64,000 nt of DNA from Dehalococcoidia bacterium (GTDB lineage Bacteria > Chloroflexota > Dehalococcoidia > Bin125): positions 463,684-527,683 of the forward strand of contig OY760135.1 of the NCBI GenBank assembly GCA_963663185.1. The letters run 5' to 3'. A program made the translations under genes and the position numbers. The notes under the pieces are model-generated. The model was not told where the DNA came from, ran no database searches, and was given only the letters and a program-made list of their open reading frames with translations. Shown here piece after piece: positions 48,819 through 59,207 of the stretch (its first letter is position 1; each line of letters begins with the position of its first letter).

Positions 48819-49736
48819 GTGCGTATCGAGGACGACTCTGGCATTTCCGACCTGTTGATTGGCGACGCGCAACGACTCTGCGGCGGCTTCGGCTTCACTG
48901 AGGGGCCGGTCTGGATCGCGGACGACCGTGCGCTCGTCTTCAGCGACATCCCTGGCAATCGGCAGCATCGTTGGCGGCCGGGGCAGAGCGAGGCGGAGGT
49001 GTATCGCGAGCCGAGTGGTTGGTCGAACGGACTGACGCTCGACGCCGAGGGCGCTCTGATCGCCTGCGAACACGGCGGCCGGCGCGTCTCGCGCGCGCCC
49101 TACGGAGCGGTCGGCAGCGAGACGGCGATCGCTGAGCGTTGGGACGGCAAGCAGCTCAATAGCCCGAACGATCTCGTCGCGCATTCATCGGGCGCGATCT
49201 TCTTCACCGATCCCGCGTATGGCATCGACAGCGGACGCACGCCGCGATTCGGGCAGGCAGGGCAGCAGCAGGAGCTGGACTTTCAGGGGGTATATCGAAT
49301 CGATTCAGATGGGTCGCTGCATCTCCTCGCGCCGAGCGGCTTTTCGCAGCCCAATGGCCTGGCGTTCACCCCGGATCAGTCGCAGCTCTACATCGGGGAC
49401 TCGTACGAGGGCCTGATCTGGCGCTATGAGGTCAATGACGACCTGACGCTCGGCGCGCGCGAGCTGTTTGTCGATCAGTCACAGGATCAGCGTCTGGGCA
49501 ATCCGGATGGGATGAAGGTGGACGCCGACGGTCGGCTGTGGACGACGGGTGCCGGAGGCGTCTCGGCGCATGCGGCCGACGGCGCCTATCTGGGCGTGTT
49601 CGAACTGGACGAGCACGCCGCCAATCTCACCTTCGGCAGCGACGGATTCTCCACTTTGTATATGACCTGCGGTACCAGTCTCTATGCCATCGAGACATCG
49701 GTGCGAGGCCTCGCGCCAGGCTCACGCGACGCCTGA
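48819..49736 (+). CDS. SMP-30/gluconolactonase/LRE-like (SGL) beta-propeller hydrolase
   Basis: GFGFTEGPVW ... LVFSDIPGNRQHRW ... SPNDLV motifs typical of the SGL family. SD GGAGAGG upstream of the GTG/ATG region. Confidence 0.75.
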   Translation: MRIEDDSGISDLLIGDAQRLCGGFGFTEGPVWIADDRALVFSDIPGNRQHRWRPGQSEAEVYREPSGWSNGLTLDAEGALIACEHGGRRVSRAPYGAVGSETAIAERWDGKQLNSPNDLVAHSSGAIFFTDPAYGIDSGRTPRFGQAGQQQELDFQGVYRIDSDGSLHLLAPSGFSQPNGLAFTPDQSQLYIGDSYEGLIWRYEVNDDLTLGARELFVDQSQDQRLGNPDGMKVDADGRLWTTGAGGVSAHAADGAYLGVFELDEHAANLTFGSDGFSTLYMTCGTSLYAIETSVRGLAPGSRDA

Positions 49737-49854
49737 ACGCGGCGCCATCCGCAGCTGCGGCACGACTTCAAGGCTTGACGATGCTGACGCTATCTTGTCC
49801 AAGAACAACTAACGTCTCGTATTGGGAACTGTTCTAGAGCACAGGAGAGAGGCG

Positions 49855-52800
49855 ATGTCGCCGCGCATATGGGCCGAACCTGAGGGGCCGCTTGGGACGT
49901 ATGTGAGCATGGAGTCGGAGCGCGCCATTGAGGCGTATCGCGCCCAGCCAGCGTTGGTTGAAGAACAGGCCAATCAGGAGATGGATACGGCCCAAGGCGG
50001 TTACGCGCACCGTCAGCTCGTCGAACTGGTTCAGAACGGCGCCGATCAGCTCGCCAAGTCTGGCGGCGGCAAGATCCAGATTCTGCTCAGCGAGCGACAC
50101 CTCTATTGCGCCGACAACGGCGCTCCGCTGGATCAGGAGGGCGCTCAATCACTGTTGTTCTCGCACCTGTCGCCGAAACGGAACACGAACGAAATCGGAC
50201 GCTTCGGGGTCGGCTTCAAGGCGGTCCTGAAGGTCTCGAACTCGCCGGCCGTGTTCAGCCAATCCGGCTCGATCCAGTTCGATCGGACGCGGGCGCGACA
50301 GCGGATCCTGCGCGGCGGCGACGCGAGCACTGCTCGAGCCTGTCCGGTGCTGCGCGTGGCGGACGCTGTCGATCCGTACGAAGCGGCGGAACGAGACCAG
50401 GAGCTCAACTCGCTGATGCGCTGGGCGGTCAACATCGTGCGCTTGCCGCTCTTGCCCGGCGCGGCGGACGATCTCCAGCGACAGGCCGACAGCTTCCGCG
50501 CCGGCCTGTTGCTCTTCACGCCGCATCTGCACGAGCTGACGCTGGTGCAGCCCGAGTCGAGCAAGGGCTATTCCGTTCGCTCAATGAGCGCCAGGAGATC
50601 GGGCAAGCTGATCGAACTCTCGGACAACGACAACGACAACGATGTCGTCTCCGAGTGGCGCGTCTTCGAGCGGATGCATTCCCTCTCCCAGTCCGCCAGG
50701 GACGATCGGCGTGAACTGGACGACTCGGACCGCATCAAGATCTCCTGGGCGGCGCCGCTGTCATTGGGACCGACGGACGAGCACAACCAGCGGTTCTGGG
50801 CATTCTTTCCCACGCAAGTGAACAGTCTGGTTGGCGGCATCCTCAATGCGCCCTGGAAAACGAATGAGGACCGCCAGAGTCTGCTGCCTGGCGAGTACAA
50901 CAATGAACTGCTCGACGCAGCTGCCGAGCTGGTGGCCGACCATCTGACGGAGCTGAGCGATGCAGAGTCGCCTGCGCGGCATCTCGACTATCTGCCTCGC
51001 CGCGAAGGTGGTGGCGACAACGACTACGCCAATCGGATTCGCGCTGCGCTGAATGAACGCCTGGAGGACGCAGCGATCGCGCCCGATCAGCAAGGTCGTC
51101 TACGACCGCTCCGTATGATCAACGTCCCACCGGAGGCGTTGACGCCGGGGCAGCAAGTCAACATAGAGGCTGTCAACCTGTGGACGTCCTATCCGTACCG
51201 ACCCGTGTCGTGGTTGCATACTGACGCCCTCAATAACAATCGGTTATCGGCGCTGCAACGCGTGGGCGGCGGCGGGCGCTCACAGCGTGGCTCGTTGGAT
51301 CGCGCGACCGTGGCGGCGTGGTTGGAGGCGCTCACTGAGTTGGGCGATCGCCGCGGTGATGCAGTCGAGGCATCGGCGCGAGCGTTGCGGATTGCCGCTA
51401 CGTTGCGCAGCGCCAATCGCGCCGATCGATGGCAATGGAATCCACGCACAGCCGGCGACATCGTGCTCACGGTATCGGGCGAGTGGGTGCCGCCGGATCC
51501 CGATCGCGTGTTTCTCTACGCCGAGCCCGTCTCCAATCCCGACGCCATGGTCCACCGCGAGTTGATGCAGGATGCGAAAGCGCTTCAGGCCATGAAGTCG
51601 CTGGGATTGCATGCTCCGAGCGCGGAAAGCGCTTTCCGCGCGTCCGCCCAGCGGGTATTGGACGACTGGGACATTGACGATCATCAGGCTTGGACGCAAT
51701 TCTGGCAGCTCAGTCGGAAGGTCGATGATTCCGCATTCTTTGAGGAGCTACCCAGCGCTGACGTAACGCATAGGTACCTACGCGCCCGCGGATTGGACGG
51801 CCGCTGGAAGCCGATTCAACAGTTGCTGCTCCCCGGCGTCATCGTGCCGCCCGACGGCAGCCGCGATGCGCCGCACACGCTCGATATCGAGTTTCACCAC
51901 TCTGATCTCGCGCGACTACAGAAACTGGGCGTATCGGATCGTCCGCAAGCTGGAGCTTGGGGAACGATCTCGACGCAACACGATGCAATCTCAGACTACG
52001 TGCGAGGCTGTCAAGACCACTACTTCGCTCTGGACCTGCCTCGCAGACCACGAGGGTGGGTTGCACCCTTTTGCAAAGAAGATACGAGCGTGCCGCTGGC
52101 GCCGTTTCCGGACCTGTCGGAAGTCGGGCAGGCGCGTTATACGGAAGAGCTGCTTGATCTGCCCTCGACCTATACGCCCTGGACGATGTGGCATGACACG
52201 TCGGACAACATTTATCCCAAGATCGAGATGGAATCGCTGCCGGTGTACCTGCTGAAGCGGTTTGGTCGGGTGGAGACGGCATCCGGGATGTATCCGTTAT
52301 CCGACGGGCTCGGCGAGCGGCCGAAGCGCCCTGAGGTGCGGCGTTGGTTGCTGCAACGCCGCCGCACCGCGCAGATTCGCCAAGCCTTTGGACTGACCAA
52401 CGCGGCAGCCGGTCCGATTGAAGCAATCGGCGCCGATGATCCGATTCCATTGCTCGATGTCTGGGCTGGGCTGCGGCGGCGCCTCACGGAAGAGCAGCAG
52501 CAGCTCCAACTCACGCGCTGCGATCGCATCGCGCGACAGGACGGCGGCGAGATTGCGGACGAGATCGTGATTCGCGCCGACACGTGCTACCTCGTGCGCG
52601 GCGAGGAACGCGATGAGCTGGAATGCGTGGCGCGCGAACTCGAATTGCAGCTCTCGGACCAGGATCTGGACCGGATCCTGTCGCGGCGCGTTTCCGATGA
52701 TGTCAGGGAGCATCGAGAGCGAGTCCGTTCGAACGGCAGCGATGCGGAGCGGCTGCTCGCCGCGGTCGGGGAGGACGACCTGCGCGCCCGCTTGCCCGCC

Positions 52801-54354
52801 ATGCTCAGCGAAATCTTGAGTTCCAAGTCGGAACCGTTTACCGGCGTGCGGGTTGCGGAGGCGGCGATCGCCACCTTCCACACCGGGGCGCTGCACGAGT
52901 ACAGATGTCACCTGGGCAAGCTCGATCCGCCAGGCCGCTGGGCAGGCAGTGGGAAGGCGTTGGAGTTTGTCCGCGAGCTCGGGTTTGGCGACGAATGGGC
53001 CGGCAGACCGAAACCGAAGCGTCCGCCATATGTCGACGCTGTCGGACCGCGTTCGCTGCCGCCGCTGCATGATTATCAGCGCCGAGCCGCTGAGCAGGTC
53101 AAACAGGTCCTGCGCGCCTCACAGGGGCGCATGGAGGGAGAGAATCGCGGGTTGCTGAGTCTGCCGACCGGGGCGGGCAAGACGCGTGTCGCGGTGCAGG
53201 CGGTGATCGAAGCGATTCGCGATGAGGACTTTCCCGGCTGGGTGCTCTGGGTGGCGGACCGCGATGAGCTCTGCGAGCAAGCGGTTGAGGCCTGGCAACA
53301 GGCGTGGGTCAGTCTTGGACCGCCCGCCCAGGAGCTGCGCATCTCCCGCATGTGGGGCAATCAGCGACCACCGGAAACCACCTCGTCCGCCAGCAACGTG
53401 ATCGTCGCCACGATCCAGACGCTCCGTTCGCGCATGGCCCGTTCGCGCAACAATCGCGTCAACGGCCTGCCCGACTATCTGCGCGGGATCAAGCTGCTCG
53501 TCGTTGATGAGGCGCACGGCTCGTTGGCGCCGTCCTTCACGCAACTGATGTCAGAGCTGGACCTGTCGTTCCGTCGGCGCGCCGACGAAATCGCGCTCCT
53601 CGGCCTGACCGCGACGCCGTATCGTGGACGGAACGAAGAAGCGACGAGGTTGCTGGTCAATCGCTATGGAGCGAATCGACTCGACACGGGGCTGTTTCCT
53701 GATCTGGCCATTCCGGATGCGCCGGAGCAGACGAATGATCCGACGCAGGTGATCGCGGAATTGCAGCGGATGAACGTCCTGGCGCGCGCGGATCACGGCA
53801 TCATCGAGGGCGGCACCGTCGAGCTGTCGTCGGATGAGCGGCGCAAGATGGAGCAGACCCCGTGGCTGCCTGAAGAGGTTGAGCGCCGAATCGCCCTCGA
53901 CCTCGATCGCACGCAGCGAATCATTGCGGAGTACCGCGAACGGGTCCACAATGTCCAGCCGGATTGGCCCACGCTGATCTTCGCGACCTCCGTCGAACAC
54001 GCGAAGACGGTGGCGGCCATGCTGGAGTTGGAAGGCGTTTCGGCGCGAGCGGTCAGCGGCGATACCGACCCTGGCGTGCGCCGCGCGGTGGTTGAGGACT
54101 TTCGCGCCGGCAAACTGAGGGTGCTCGTCAACTACGGCGTCTTCCGCGAGGGCTTCGACGCGCCGAAGACGCGCGCGATCATCGTGGCGCGTCCCGTCTA
54201 CAGTCCGAACCTGTACTTCCAGATGATCGGTCGTGGACTGCGCGGGACACTCAACGGCGGCAGCGAGCGCTGTCTGATTCTCGACGTGGCGGACAATGTG
54301 ATCAATTTCGAGAATCAGTTGGCCTTCACGGAGCTTGAGGAGTTGTGGGAGTAG
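49855..54354 (+). CDS. About 1500-aa fusion of an N-terminal GHKL (Hsp90/MORC-like) ATPase domain and a C-terminal SF2 (ResIII/DEAH-type) helicase, with an about 800-aa uncharacterised middle
   Basis: GHKL N-box ELVQNGADQ, G1 ADNGAPLD, G2 IGRFGVGFKAV. C-terminal helicase motif I LPTGAGKTRVA, II LLVVDEAHG, III GLTATPYRG, VI QMIGRGLRG. ATG 49855 with SD GGAGAGAGG preferred over TTG 49822. Confidence 0.75.
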   Translation: MSPRIWAEPEGPLGTYVSMESERAIEAYRAQPALVEEQANQEMDTAQGGYAHRQLVELVQNGADQLAKSGGGKIQILLSERHLYCADNGAPLDQEGAQSLLFSHLSPKRNTNEIGRFGVGFKAVLKVSNSPAVFSQSGSIQFDRTRARQRILRGGDASTARACPVLRVADAVDPYEAAERDQELNSLMRWAVNIVRLPLLPGAADDLQRQADSFRAGLLLFTPHLHELTLVQPESSKGYSVRSMSARRSGKLIELSDNDNDNDVVSEWRVFERMHSLSQSARDDRRELDDSDRIKISWAAPLSLGPTDEHNQRFWAFFPTQVNSLVGGILNAPWKTNEDRQSLLPGEYNNELLDAAAELVADHLTELSDAESPARHLDYLPRREGGGDNDYANRIRAALNERLEDAAIAPDQQGRLRPLRMINVPPEALTPGQQVNIEAVNLWTSYPYRPVSWLHTDALNNNRLSALQRVGGGGRSQRGSLDRATVAAWLEALTELGDRRGDAVEASARALRIAATLRSANRADRWQWNPRTAGDIVLTVSGEWVPPDPDRVFLYAEPVSNPDAMVHRELMQDAKALQAMKSLGLHAPSAESAFRASAQRVLDDWDIDDHQAWTQFWQLSRKVDDSAFFEELPSADVTHRYLRARGLDGRWKPIQQLLLPGVIVPPDGSRDAPHTLDIEFHHSDLARLQKLGVSDRPQAGAWGTISTQHDAISDYVRGCQDHYFALDLPRRPRGWVAPFCKEDTSVPLAPFPDLSEVGQARYTEELLDLPSTYTPWTMWHDTSDNIYPKIEMESLPVYLLKRFGRVETASGMYPLSDGLGERPKRPEVRRWLLQRRRTAQIRQAFGLTNAAAGPIEAIGADDPIPLLDVWAGLRRRLTEEQQQLQLTRCDRIARQDGGEIADEIVIRADTCYLVRGEERDELECVARELELQLSDQDLDRILSRRVSDDVREHRERVRSNGSDAERLLAAVGEDDLRARLPAMLSEILSSKSEPFTGVRVAEAAIATFHTGALHEYRCHLGKLDPPGRWAGSGKALEFVRELGFGDEWAGRPKPKRPPYVDAVGPRSLPPLHDYQRRAAEQVKQVLRASQGRMEGENRGLLSLPTGAGKTRVAVQAVIEAIRDEDFPGWVLWVADRDELCEQAVEAWQQAWVSLGPPAQELRISRMWGNQRPPETTSSASNVIVATIQTLRSRMARSRNNRVNGLPDYLRGIKLLVVDEAHGSLAPSFTQLMSELDLSFRRRADEIALLGLTATPYRGRNEEATRLLVNRYGANRLDTGLFPDLAIPDAPEQTNDPTQVIAELQRMNVLARADHGIIEGGTVELSSDERRKMEQTPWLPEEVERRIALDLDRTQRIIAEYRERVHNVQPDWPTLIFATSVEHAKTVAAMLELEGVSARAVSGDTDPGVRRAVVEDFRAGKLRVLVNYGVFREGFDAPKTRAIIVARPVYSPNLYFQMIGRGLRGTLNGGSERCLILDVADNVINFENQLAFTELEELWE

Positions 54355-54421
54355 GCGGAGCGTGAGTCGTCTGGTCAGCCGCCATGCCTATCGGCTGGCC
54401 GGAGCGGACCAGCAGCCTCTG

Positions 54422-55636
54422 CTACCAGAAGGGGGCGTCCGCCTCCAGACCGAGTAGGACTCGGCCAGCGACCGCATAGTTGGAGGCACCGAGCACCACA
54501 TGCTGGTTCATCGCGTGCATGTCGCGCAGGCGGCGGTCGAGCGTTGAGCGTTCGCTGTAGAGCGCCGACGATCCGGCGATGGCGTAGAGCTGCTCAATGA
54601 TCCGCGCGCCTTCTCGATGCGCAAAGGTGATCGCGAGCCGCAACTGAGCGCGAGTGTGATCGGCGAGCTCGCCCGTGTCGCAGACTTCGCGCCAGGCGGC
54701 GTCTACGGTAGCGAGCGCGTAGGCGCGACAGGCTGCGATCCGCGCGGCGGTCTCACCGAGCGTGGACTGTGTCAGCGCGTCGTCGCGCAAGGCGCCGCGC
54801 ACGGCCACCCGCTCGCGAGCGATCGCCAGCACTTCGGCGTGGGCGGCCTGCAAGAGCCCGAGCGGTACGCCCAGATGCTTCGGCAACAGCCAGGCCGGAT
54901 GGCGCAACGGATCGTCGATCACCGATCGGTGCGAGGCGCGAGGCGGCAGACTCCGTTCATCGGGGATGAAGAGGTCGGCTACCTCCACGTCGTGGCTGCC
55001 GGTCCCGCGCATGCCGGTCGTGCGCCAGGTGTCGAGCACACGGACATCGTTACGGGGCACGACAAAGCGGACGAAGGCGGGGCGGTCGTCGGGCGACCGT
55101 TCAGCGTCCACGATTCGGCAGCTGAACTGCACCCAGTCGGCATGAGTGACGCCGCTCAGATAGGGCCAGCGACCGTTGGCGAGATATCCGCCCGCCACGC
55201 GGGTCGCCGCGCCTGGCGGAAAGGCGGCGCCGCATGTCGCCGAGTCAACGTCGGCGTAGAGCGCGCGAGCGAGTTGGGGATCGAGCTCGCGGCTGACGAA
55301 GCCGCCATCGCAGCCGATCATGACGCACCAGGCGGCGGACGCATCAGCCTTCGCGATCTCTTCAATGAACAGAATCTGCGTGACCGGGTCCGCGTTGTGT
55401 CCACCGAGCCAGCGCGGTTGGATGAGACGGAATCCGCCCGCCTGTTTGAGCAGTTGGACGACGTGATCCGGGAGTTGGCGCGCCGCTTCGATTTCCTCAG
55501 CGGCGTCACGGATGGCGGGCGCGATTGCGCGGGCAGCCCGCAGCAGATCGGCGCGCTCTTCGACGGTCGAGCCTACGGTCGCTGCCACGGATCGCTCCTG
55601 CACCACGGGGATGCCTCCGCCGACGTGGTTTCTCAA
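54422..55636 (-). CDS. Acyl-CoA dehydrogenase-family flavoprotein (possibly a flavin-dependent monooxygenase)
   Basis: ACAD-like N-terminus (RAARAIAPAIRDAAEEIEAARQLPDHVVQLLKQAGGFRL) and C-terminal ACAD fold; 404 aa; start uncertain. Confidence 0.6.
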   Translation of the reverse strand: MRNHVGGGIPVVQERSVAATVGSTVEERADLLRAARAIAPAIRDAAEEIEAARQLPDHVVQLLKQAGGFRLIQPRWLGGHNADPVTQILFIEEIAKADASAAWCVMIGCDGGFVSRELDPQLARALYADVDSATCGAAFPPGAATRVAGGYLANGRWPYLSGVTHADWVQFSCRIVDAERSPDDRPAFVRFVVPRNDVRVLDTWRTTGMRGTGSHDVEVADLFIPDERSLPPRASHRSVIDDPLRHPAWLLPKHLGVPLGLLQAAHAEVLAIARERVAVRGALRDDALTQSTLGETAARIAACRAYALATVDAAWREVCDTGELADHTRAQLRLAITFAHREGARIIEQLYAIAGSSALYSERSTLDRRLRDMHAMNQHVVLGASNYAVAGRVLLGLEADAPFW

Positions 55637-55936
55637 TCTACAAGGTCAGACAGCTACAAGTTCAGACAGCTACCAGCTCACACGGCTTTGCCGCGTCCTC
55701 CGGCCCGAGCGAGGGTTTGGAGAGCGATCTGATGCGTCCCATGGCCACCGGCATCCATTCCGGATCATCGCTCCAGCGGTATTGCAAACAGACTGCCAAT
55801 GCTCGAGCTGTGACGGCTCAAACACATGGAAGCTCTCGCCGCAAACAGACCTTCAACCGCACTCTGAGACGAGAAGCGGGAACTGCGTCAAGATCGGTTA
55901 ACTGCATGGTCGACAGCATTGGTCAACTGCGCGGTG

Positions 55937-56824
55937 CTAGAGCGTCGCCAGGCGATCTTCTACCTTCGCTAACAAGCGCGCGGCGTTCTCGCCGAGCCAG
56001 CCCGTCTTCACGTGATCCTTCAAGGGCAGCTCCTGCAGCTCCTCGATCGCGCGCTGGAAGGGGATCATGTTGTCGGTGGCAAAGAGCACGCGGTCGCTGA
56101 GCAAGGATGAGTTGCCGTACTGCATCAGCGTCTCCCAGCCTGTACCCGGGGTACCGATGTACTTGGGGGCGACTGCGCCGATCTCGATGTAGACGTTGGC
56201 ATGCTTCCAGGCGACCGCTACGAGTTCATTGACCCAGGGCCAACCACCGTGATTCGCGACGATCAGGAGATCGGGGAAGTCGCATGCGATCTCGCAGAGA
56301 TACAGCGGTCGGCCAAATTCGATCGAGCGGTCGTTGGAGAAGTTGATAGAAGAGTGGATCGTGACGGGGACGCCCAGCTCCTGACACTTCGAGTACAGAG
56401 GATAGAAACGCTTGTCGTTCGCCAGGACGCGATACGAGAACGGTTGTAAGTTGACGCCTCGTGCGCCGCGCTCGCGGACCTCGCGCTCGACGACCTCAGC
56501 CATGTTGTCGCCCTCGTTCGGATTGACCGTGACGTAGCCGGTGAGGACGTCCGGGTAGCCAGCGACGATGCGGTGTACCGCATCGTTCATGGCGCGGTAA
56601 TCGCCGGCCGCCCACTCAGCCTGCAAGACCGCGCGGTCGATACCTGCCTCCGAGATCGCGGCGAGCATGGCGGTCGCATCGCGGCCGCCGCCGCGTTCTC
56701 GCGTGTAGATGCGGTTGTAGTTCTCCATATAACTGCTATCGTCCGCGCGGCCGCCAGTCGGTTCCTGGGTATCGATATATTCGCGCGGCGGCAGTGTGAC
56801 CCGGAAGTCGATGATCTCGGCCAT
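55937..56824 (-). CDS. Amidohydrolase-2 (TIM-barrel metal-dependent hydrolase, ACMSD-like) family protein
   Basis: Conserved HGGWPW and H/D metal ligands pattern; 295 aa. Confidence 0.6.
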   Translation of the reverse strand: MAEIIDFRVTLPPREYIDTQEPTGGRADDSSYMENYNRIYTRERGGGRDATAMLAAISEAGIDRAVLQAEWAAGDYRAMNDAVHRIVAGYPDVLTGYVTVNPNEGDNMAEVVEREVRERGARGVNLQPFSYRVLANDKRFYPLYSKCQELGVPVTIHSSINFSNDRSIEFGRPLYLCEIACDFPDLLIVANHGGWPWVNELVAVAWKHANVYIEIGAVAPKYIGTPGTGWETLMQYGNSSLLSDRVLFATDNMIPFQRAIEELQELPLKDHVKTGWLGENAARLLAKVEDRLATL

Positions 56825-56870
56825 GGCGACAGCCTCTCTGTGTTGTGCGTCGTTCAGCAGGATCAGAGCA

Positions 56871-58088
56871 TCAGGGGATCACGCCGGCTTGCTTCAGCTC
56901 GGCGATCGCGTCCCAGTCGTAGCCCAATTCCTCAAGCACGAGTTCGGTGTGCTCGCCCAGCTCGGGCGCGCTGGAGTAATTTTCGGTCGGTGCCCGTTCG
57001 AGTTGGAAGGGCACGCCGAGCACTTTGAATTCTCCTACGGCTTTGTGATCCATCGTGCGCACGTAGCCATTGGCGAGCGCCTGCGGATCGGCGGCGATCT
57101 CCACTGAGTCCGCCGCGGGCGCCCACGGAAAGTCGTTCGCATCAAAGATCGCCGCCCAATGGTCGCGCGGCTGCTCGCCAATCCGTTGCTCAATGGTCTC
57201 GACGGCCTCGCGGATGTGTTGGCGGCGATTGGCAACCGCCGCGAAGCGTTCGTCCTCAACCAGGACGGGCAGATCGATCGCTTCCGCGAACGGTGCCCAG
57301 AAGCGCTCTTCCTGGATCATCGCAAGCTGCATCCACTTGCCGTCGGCGGCGCGGTAGGAGTTATAGAGCGGATTGAAGGCGCTGTAGCGGTCACTGCGCG
57401 GGAAGTTCTCGCCGGTCGCCAAGGCTCCCTGAATTGCGAAGCCGTTGGCCCAGATGCCGCCGCCGTAGAGCGAACAGGTAACGAACTGACCCTGGCCTGT
57501 CAGTTCGCGCTGGTAGAGCGCGGCGAAGATGGCGGCGGAGATGTTCATCGCACTGGGCAGATCGCCCATCGCACCGACCAGTCGCACGGGTTCGCTGCCA
57601 GGCGGCCCGAGCGTCTCCATAAAGCCACCGCGCGCCCAATAGGCGAGCTCGTCAAAGGCCGGGCGGTCGATGTCGGGACCCTCCGTGCCATAGCCGGTGG
57701 CGTGCGCGTAGATCAGACGCGGATGGTCCGCCTTGATCGACTCGTAGTCGATGCCCAGGCGTTGCAGCGCTCCTCGACGCAGATTGACGATGAACACGTC
57801 GGCCTCGGCCAGCAGCTTGCGCAGCGCCTCGTTACCGGCGGGACTGCGGACATCAAGCGCGACGCTGCGCTTGTTGCGATTGGCGATCTCGAAGACCCAG
57901 TCAACGTGATCGCGAACGCGATGGATCAGTCCGCGCATCGGATCGCCTTCGTGCGGTTCGATCTTGATCACGTCGGCGCCGAGCTCGCCCAAGACGCATG
58001 CGCTCATCGGGCCGAACAGCCAGGTCGACATCTCGACGACGTTGAGGCCCTTGAGCAACGGTTCTGTGAGCGGTTGCTCAGGTGACAT
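56871..58088 (-). CDS. CoA-transferase family III (CaiB/BaiF) protein
   Basis: LKGLNVVEMSTWLFGPMSACVLGELGADVIKIEP signature. Start set at ATG 58088 (MSPEQPL...) rather than the ORF-track 58331. Confidence 0.8.
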   Translation of the reverse strand: MSPEQPLTEPLLKGLNVVEMSTWLFGPMSACVLGELGADVIKIEPHEGDPMRGLIHRVRDHVDWVFEIANRNKRSVALDVRSPAGNEALRKLLAEADVFIVNLRRGALQRLGIDYESIKADHPRLIYAHATGYGTEGPDIDRPAFDELAYWARGGFMETLGPPGSEPVRLVGAMGDLPSAMNISAAIFAALYQRELTGQGQFVTCSLYGGGIWANGFAIQGALATGENFPRSDRYSAFNPLYNSYRAADGKWMQLAMIQEERFWAPFAEAIDLPVLVEDERFAAVANRRQHIREAVETIEQRIGEQPRDHWAAIFDANDFPWAPAADSVEIAADPQALANGYVRTMDHKAVGEFKVLGVPFQLERAPTENYSSAPELGEHTELVLEELGYDWDAIAELKQAGVIP

Positions 58089-58214
58089 TGGCAGTCCGTC
58101 CACTACAACGCACGCGAAGGCGCGTGTCGTGAGGCTAGCTGATCGAGTGACTGAAAGACTGCGACAGGTCAACGCCAAGCGGAATGGAATTGCCCTACCA
58201 CTTCGGAGCATGAC

Positions 58215-58424
58215 ATGAGCCGCACGATCACCAACCAAGAGACCGTCCGTAGGATGTTCGATCGTGGATGCTCCGCTAAAGAGGTTGAAGCTGCCATCCA
58301 TCGGCCTCTGACCCAGAGAGACATGGAGCACTGGATGGACGACGAGTTCGGGCTGCCTCGAGGACAGAACGAGACGCGGTTTGATCTGACCGACATTCAG
58401 GCGGCCATCCAGGCACTGACGTAG
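58215..58424 (+). CDS. Small hypothetical protein (69 aa)
   Basis: ORF with GGAG 7 nt upstream of ATG. No recognisable motif; followed by a REP-like hairpin at 58435-58462. Confidence 0.3.
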   Translation: MSRTITNQETVRRMFDRGCSAKEVEAAIHRPLTQRDMEHWMDDEFGLPRGQNETRFDLTDIQAAIQALT

Positions 58425-58676
58425 AACTCAGATTCCCGTCCCCGCCCCTGAGCGGGGACCCGCTTGGTCCCGGCGCGCCGAACATCGGCTGCGTGCGCTT
58501 GAGCTGATATGGATGGCCGGCAACAACGACGCAACAACAACGAGTGTGAGCAGGGGAAAGCTCGCGCCCGCTCGGAGGCGGGGCGGCTCGGGAGTTTGGC
58601 ATCAGGCTCCCTGAGGGAAGCAGAACGAGGCCCAAGTCTATTCCAGGTCGGCTGTAGCAGCTCACCTGCCTGCGAG

Positions 58677-59156
58677 TCAGGCAATAGCATCTTCGATCTG
58701 GTGCATGTGCTCCTCCCGATGAGCCGCGCGGTCGATCGCGTATGACTTGCCTGTCGTCCGCAGAGCGGTGATCTGCTGATCGCTCAGCGATGCCACGATC
58801 GTGTCGAGCGCTTGCGCCGCCTCGACCGCCGCTTGACCGACCGTGGCGAGATCGAACGTTGATGCGATTGCCGCCAACGTGGCATTGGTCGCGATATCCT
58901 CCGAAGGGAAGTCCTCACCGGCGGCAACGCGTTGCAATGCAGCGACCTGTCTCGCATCCCAGAAGGCGATGTGGACCAAGGCAAATCCGACCGTCCACCC
59001 GCCGCCGAGCGAGCGGCGGAGATCAGCTGCGCTCAATTGGCCGACCAGGGCTCGCAGATGGTCGGTTGATGCTTGATTGCCAGAAGCACTGTTGTCAGTT
59101 GTCGCCATTTCTGCTCCAATTCGAACAAGTCGCGCACCATCACAGGTCACGCGCAC
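58677..59156 (-). CDS. DinB/YfiT-like (DinB_2) four-helix-bundle family protein, tentative
   Basis: 159 aa; resembles the N-terminal domain of mycothiol-dependent maleylpyruvate isomerase / DinB_2 proteins (LRRSLGGGWTVGFALVHIAFWD). Weak. Confidence 0.35.
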   Translation of the reverse strand: MRVTCDGARLVRIGAEMATTDNSASGNQASTDHLRALVGQLSAADLRRSLGGGWTVGFALVHIAFWDARQVAALQRVAAGEDFPSEDIATNATLAAIASTFDLATVGQAAVEAAQALDTIVASLSDQQITALRTTGKSYAIDRAAHREEHMHQIEDAIA

Positions 59157-59207
59157 AGGTCACGCGCAATCAACCGTAGTCGACTCCTCAACCGATCGGA
59201 ACTCTCG

